Below, piece by piece: positions 58,192-58,238 of a stretch of 58,238 bases of DNA. A program made the position numbers and the translations under genes. Origin of the DNA: Bacteroidales bacterium. GTDB lineage: Bacteria > Bacteroidota > Bacteroidia > Bacteroidales > UBA932. The stretch's first letter is position 1. Each line of letters begins with the position of its first letter. Location of the stretch: NCBI GenBank assembly GCA_016295455.1, contig JAEDLE010000001.1, positions 1 through 58,238 of the forward strand, in the 5' to 3' direction. The notes under the pieces are model-generated. The model was given only the letters and a program-made list of their open reading frames with translations, made no database searches and was not told where the DNA came from.

Positions 58192-58223
58192 AGTAGGAGG
58201 AAAACGAAAGTTTTCTTCCTACT
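58192..58223. terminator. GAAA-tetraloop hairpin downstream of GT2 gene
   Basis: AGTAGGAGGAAAAC-GAAA-GTTTTCTTCCTACT. Confidence 0.5.
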
Positions 58224-58238
58224 TCCGTTTTCCGACCT

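Overview
GC-rich Bacteroidales-type chromosomal segment, inferred from TAnnTTTG promoters, the absence of Shine-Dalgarno sequences and Bacteroidetes-type gene order. About 55 kb is housekeeping: a porin, DASS transporter and glutamate dehydrogenase, nadK-uppS-bamA-skp, pdxJ, trxB-bamD-rpoZ-recN, a Fur/PerR regulator, a carboxyltransferase, radC, upp, a tricorn protease, miaB, rpoN, the dcw cluster (with a single-ORF MurG-MurC fusion), gltX, rpiB, truB, folD, cysS and xth, plus three tRNAs. The most unusual part is the ~1.9 kb non-coding region 55108-57000 around tRNA-Arg(TCT). Two arrays of a 73-bp-period, inverted-repeat-bounded cassette face each other across the tRNA, each with a short G/C-skewed minisatellite on its outer side. 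A 195-bp hairpin-rich element closed by a partial copy of the tRNA 3' end follows the tRNA. No cas, transposase or integrase gene is visible in the window. Other notable points: a perfect sigma-54 -24/-12 site upstream of the rpoN-containing run of genes, a biotinyl-like domain lacking the biotin-accepting Lys, and a PerR-like regulator without CxxC motifs divergent from trxB. All product calls come from motif recognition only; no searches were run.
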